This document shows, piece by piece, positions 38,771 to 41,280 of a stretch of DNA of 41,280 nucleotides. The stretch is taken from positions 1 through 41,280 of the forward strand of contig JBKBKS010000003.1 in the NCBI GenBank assembly GCA_046294565.1, read 5' to 3'. The notes under the pieces were generated by a model that saw only the letters and a program-made list of their open reading frames with translations, searched no databases and was not told the origin of the DNA. A program made the position numbers and the translations under genes. The DNA is from Fimbriimonadales bacterium (GTDB lineage Bacteria > Armatimonadota > Fimbriimonadia > Fimbriimonadales > GBS-DC). Positions within the stretch are counted from its first letter, which is position 1. Each line of letters begins with the position of its first letter.

Positions 38771-39405
38771 CAGGTGGGAGTATACCTGACGAGCAGTTCG
38801 CGCAGTTTGGGGATGGCTTGACGCATCACTTTGGCGCGGTGGCTGATGCGGTTCTTGAAGTCGCTGGGCAGTTCGGCGAGCGTGCAGCCGAGCGCGGGCA
38901 CATAGAAGATGGGGTCGTAGCCGAACCCTGCTTGTCCGCGCGGCGCATCGGCGATACGCCCCTCCAGCGTATCCTCAAAAGTGTAGAGTTCCCCTGTCGG
39001 CGTGGCGATTGCGACGGCGCATCGGAATCGCGCCGTGCGTCGCTCGGGCGGCACAGCTTGGAGCTGCTCGAGGATAATCCCCATCTTGACCGCGAACGGC
39101 GTCTGCTCGCCTGCGTAGCGGCGCGAGCGGAGTCCGGGCGCGCCGCCCAGCGCGTCGATTTCCAGCCCTGCGTCGTCGGCGAAGCTGAGCGCGCGGGTGA
39201 ACGCCGCGCACGCGCGCGCCTTGATGACGGCGTTGCCCACATAGCTCTCGGCTTTCTCGTCGGGCGGTTCGGGCGCGTCGGGGTAGTCCGCCAGCAGCCG
39301 TACCGATGCTGCGCAATCGTGCAGCCCCGCCCGCAGCAACTGCTCAATCTCGCGCAACTTGGAGCGGTTGTGGCTCGCAATCACTATCACGGGCGGCTCA
39401 GGCAT
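38770..39405 (-). CDS. rdgB: Non-canonical purine NTP pyrophosphatase (RdgB/HAM1)
   Basis: ASHNRSKLRE, NAVIKA, ADDAGLEIDALGGAPGLRSRRY, GFGYDPIF, KNRISHR. Confidence 0.96.
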   Translation of the reverse strand: MPEPPVIVIASHNRSKLREIEQLLRAGLHDCAASVRLLADYPDAPEPPDEKAESYVGNAVIKARACAAFTRALSFADDAGLEIDALGGAPGLRSRRYAGEQTPFAVKMGIILEQLQAVPPERRTARFRCAVAIATPTGELYTFEDTLEGRIADAPRGQAGFGYDPIFYVPALGCTLAELPSDFKNRISHRAKVMRQAIPKLRELLVRYTPT

Positions 39406-39817
39406 CGGCGCTGAGGCGTTGAAACAGGTCGCGCACGCGCGTCTCGACTATCGAGCGCACGCGCCGAAACTCCTCCATCGGCAGCCCCACAGGGTCGGGG
39501 ATGTCCCAGTGTTCCTGCACGCCCATATAGGTCGCTGGGCAGAGCTGGTCGGTACGGGCGTCGCAGAGGCTCACGACGGCGTCGAACTGCGTGATGTCGA
39601 ACTCTGCGACGCTTTTGGAAGTTTGGCGCGAGATGTCGATGCCGACCTCGCGCATCGCTTCAATCGCGAGCGGGTGCACCTTCCCCGAGGGCGCCGTGCC
39701 CGCGCTGAAGGCGACCACCTTGCCCTGACCGTAGTGGTTGCCAAATCCTTCCGCCATCTGGCTCCGACACGAGTTGCCCACGCACACAAACAGCACCAGT
39801 TTCGGTTGGTTCGTCAT
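39398..39817 (-). CDS. arsC: Arsenate reductase, LMW-PTP/thioredoxin-coupled type
   Basis: LFVCVGNSCRSQMAEG, SAG, SLC..LCP, HWDIPDP. Confidence 0.88.
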   Translation of the reverse strand: MTNQPKLVLFVCVGNSCRSQMAEGFGNHYGQGKVVAFSAGTAPSGKVHPLAIEAMREVGIDISRQTSKSVAEFDITQFDAVVSLCDARTDQLCPATYMGVQEHWDIPDPVGLPMEEFRRVRSIVETRVRDLFQRLSADA

Positions 39818-39818
39818 G

Positions 39819-40565
39819 TTAGTATCCTCGCTGCTTGTATTGTTCGATAGTTTGCTTGTAATGCTCCATGCCGTTGGGGCGATTGATACTGGCTAAGAGG
39901 GTGGGCGGCTTGCCGTGGGCGGTCATCCGTTCCACGATGCCTGCGACCATCGCCCAGAGCGCGACGGCTGCGCCAATCCCCGACGCGGGGCAGAACGCCG
40001 TCTCCACGCCATCAAGGCTGAGCATCGCGTCGCCATACGGCGCAGCGTTGTCGATGACCAAGTCCACCACCTCATAGAGGCGTTTGCCCGACTCGTGTTC
40101 GGATTGGAGCTGGGAAGAGTAATCGATGGCCGTGAGTCCGATTGTAAACACCTCGCGCGTGCGCGCCTGTATCGCCAACTCCACAGGGAAGGGCGTCTTG
40201 CCCGACACGCTGCCGATAATCAGCACATCGCCCGCCGCCCCTCGGCTCCGATCCAGCGCGGCGCGCACGATACAGCGCACGGTTTCAGGCGTGGTTTGCG
40301 CCCCAACTCCCTGCGCCTCGCGATAGGGGTTCGTGTTGGTCACTTGCAGGTCGAAACTGAGCGGGCTGAACGCTGCCAAGCCGCCCGCGCGATTAATCAG
40401 CTCGCGCGAGACCAGATGCCCTGTATCGTACACATGTATCACGCCGCCGCGCAGCAGCGACTCCGCGCACTTATCGGCGGCTTGCTCAATCGCGGGGCGC
40501 GAGCGTTGCTCCAGTATCGTCATCTGCGCACGAATGCGCTCGAAGTAGGTCTCTATCAAGCTCAT
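39819..40565 (-). CDS. SIS-domain sugar isomerase-like protein
   Basis: IEQAA..GGVIHVYDTGH, RAGGL, GDVLIIGSVSG, VIDN.APYGDA, SINRPNG. ATG 40565. Confidence 0.88.
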   Translation of the reverse strand: MSLIETYFERIRAQMTILEQRSRPAIEQAADKCAESLLRGGVIHVYDTGHLVSRELINRAGGLAAFSPLSFDLQVTNTNPYREAQGVGAQTTPETVRCIVRAALDRSRGAAGDVLIIGSVSGKTPFPVELAIQARTREVFTIGLTAIDYSSQLQSEHESGKRLYEVVDLVIDNAAPYGDAMLSLDGVETAFCPASGIGAAVALWAMVAGIVERMTAHGKPPTLLASINRPNGMEHYKQTIEQYKQRGY

Positions 40566-40625
40566 CGCGATAGATTCTACTCGAACCGACGCGCATTTGA
40601 GAGGGGGTTCAGGTACACTTGGGGC

Positions 40626-40898
40626 ATGCCGCGTCGTTGTCCGTATTGCCACGCGCCGTTGCCCAGCGAGGATCCCGAACAGGAGTGCTCCACCTGCCGC
40701 AATATTGTGCGCCCGCCCAATCCGCACGCCAAACGCTTCGCTTGGGTAGCGCTCCTCACTGCCGTCCTCTATTTTATCGCGATGTTCTCGATGATAGCAG
40801 GCGACACGGGCTGGTGGATTGGCGTGATTTTTGGCGCGGCGACGCTGAGCGGTGTATATCTCATCATCACGATGTATCACTTCTTCAAAGCGGGGTAA
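40626..40898 (+). CDS. Small zinc-ribbon membrane protein
   Basis: MPRRCPYC...CSTC followed by two TM helices. TACACT -10 box 6 nt upstream of the ATG. Confidence 0.75.
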   Translation: MPRRCPYCHAPLPSEDPEQECSTCRNIVRPPNPHAKRFAWVALLTAVLYFIAMFSMIAGDTGWWIGVIFGAATLSGVYLIITMYHFFKAG

Positions 40899-40912
40899 AA
40901 TTAGAGTTCTCT

Positions 40913-41280
40913 ATGGCGGTGCAGGTCTATCGTGAGGGCGCGGCGGAGTTCCATCTGCCCCAGAGCGCGCATGTGTTTTATAATCCCCGAGCGCGGTTGG
41001 GGCGCGACTTGGGCGTGCTGGCGATGCGTGCGGAGTCGGAACGGCTGGAACGCCCTCTCGAAGCGTTGGAGTTGATGGCGGGCGCAGGGCTACGCACGAA
41101 ACGCTACCTGCTGGAAGCCCCCCTTCAACATATCGTGGTCAACGACGCCAACTACGCCAGTTTCGAAGTGTTGCGCCGCCATGTGGGCGACGACCCGCGC
41201 GTGGAACTGCACAACGAGCTTGCGCAACGCCTGCTGTGCCGTTTCTACTTGGAAGACCGCCGCTTCGACTGGATAGATTT
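40913..41280 (+). CDS. trm1: tRNA (guanine-26-N2)-dimethyltransferase Trm1, 5' partial (absent from the supplied ORF track)
   Basis: Manual translation: MAVQVYREGAAEF..VFYNPRARLGRDLGVLA..LELMAGAGLRTKRY..VVNDAN..RRFDWID. The frame is open to the window end. Confidence 0.85.
   Translation, partial: MAVQVYREGAAEFHLPQSAHVFYNPRARLGRDLGVLAMRAESERLERPLEALELMAGAGLRTKRYLLEAPLQHIVVNDANYASFEVLRRHVGDDPRVELHNELAQRLLCRFYLEDRRFDWID

Noticed and set aside
39398-39817. Arsenic resistance island
   Set aside because: The arsC-like gene is alone in a housekeeping operon, with no arsR, arsB or acr3 nearby.

Overview
This is a GC-rich (~60-65% by eye) bacterial chromosomal segment. It is probably Armatimonadota, inferred from the '[28 protein letters not shown]' prepilin-like proteins and a 'VPEPASMIALGTGL' PEP-CTERM tail. 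Most of the window is housekeeping and envelope genes: lemA, a mannose-1-P guanylyltransferase/PMM fusion, a GH13 amylase, an NlpC/P60 hydrolase, proS, class I RNR nrdAB, hppA, tRNA-Lys and tRNA-His, coaX, acpS, purN, pepF, secG, tatA, rdgB, arsC and a partial trm1. The top candidate for a new system is a translationally coupled three-gene operon at 10813-13360: R2lox (Mn/Fe oxidase), a stand-alone CARF protein and a large PIN-domain nuclease, with no CRISPR/cas genes in the window. It sits behind a sigma-H-like promoter whose conserved boxes recur exactly upstream of another gene. Other highlights are a class Id-type RNR lacking an ATP cone, a bacterial Trm1, a low-GC Cys-rich toxin/immunity-like pair at the left edge, three decayed genes, several REP-like hairpin families and frequent leaderless-type promoters. 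All calls are from reading motifs by eye; no database search was run.
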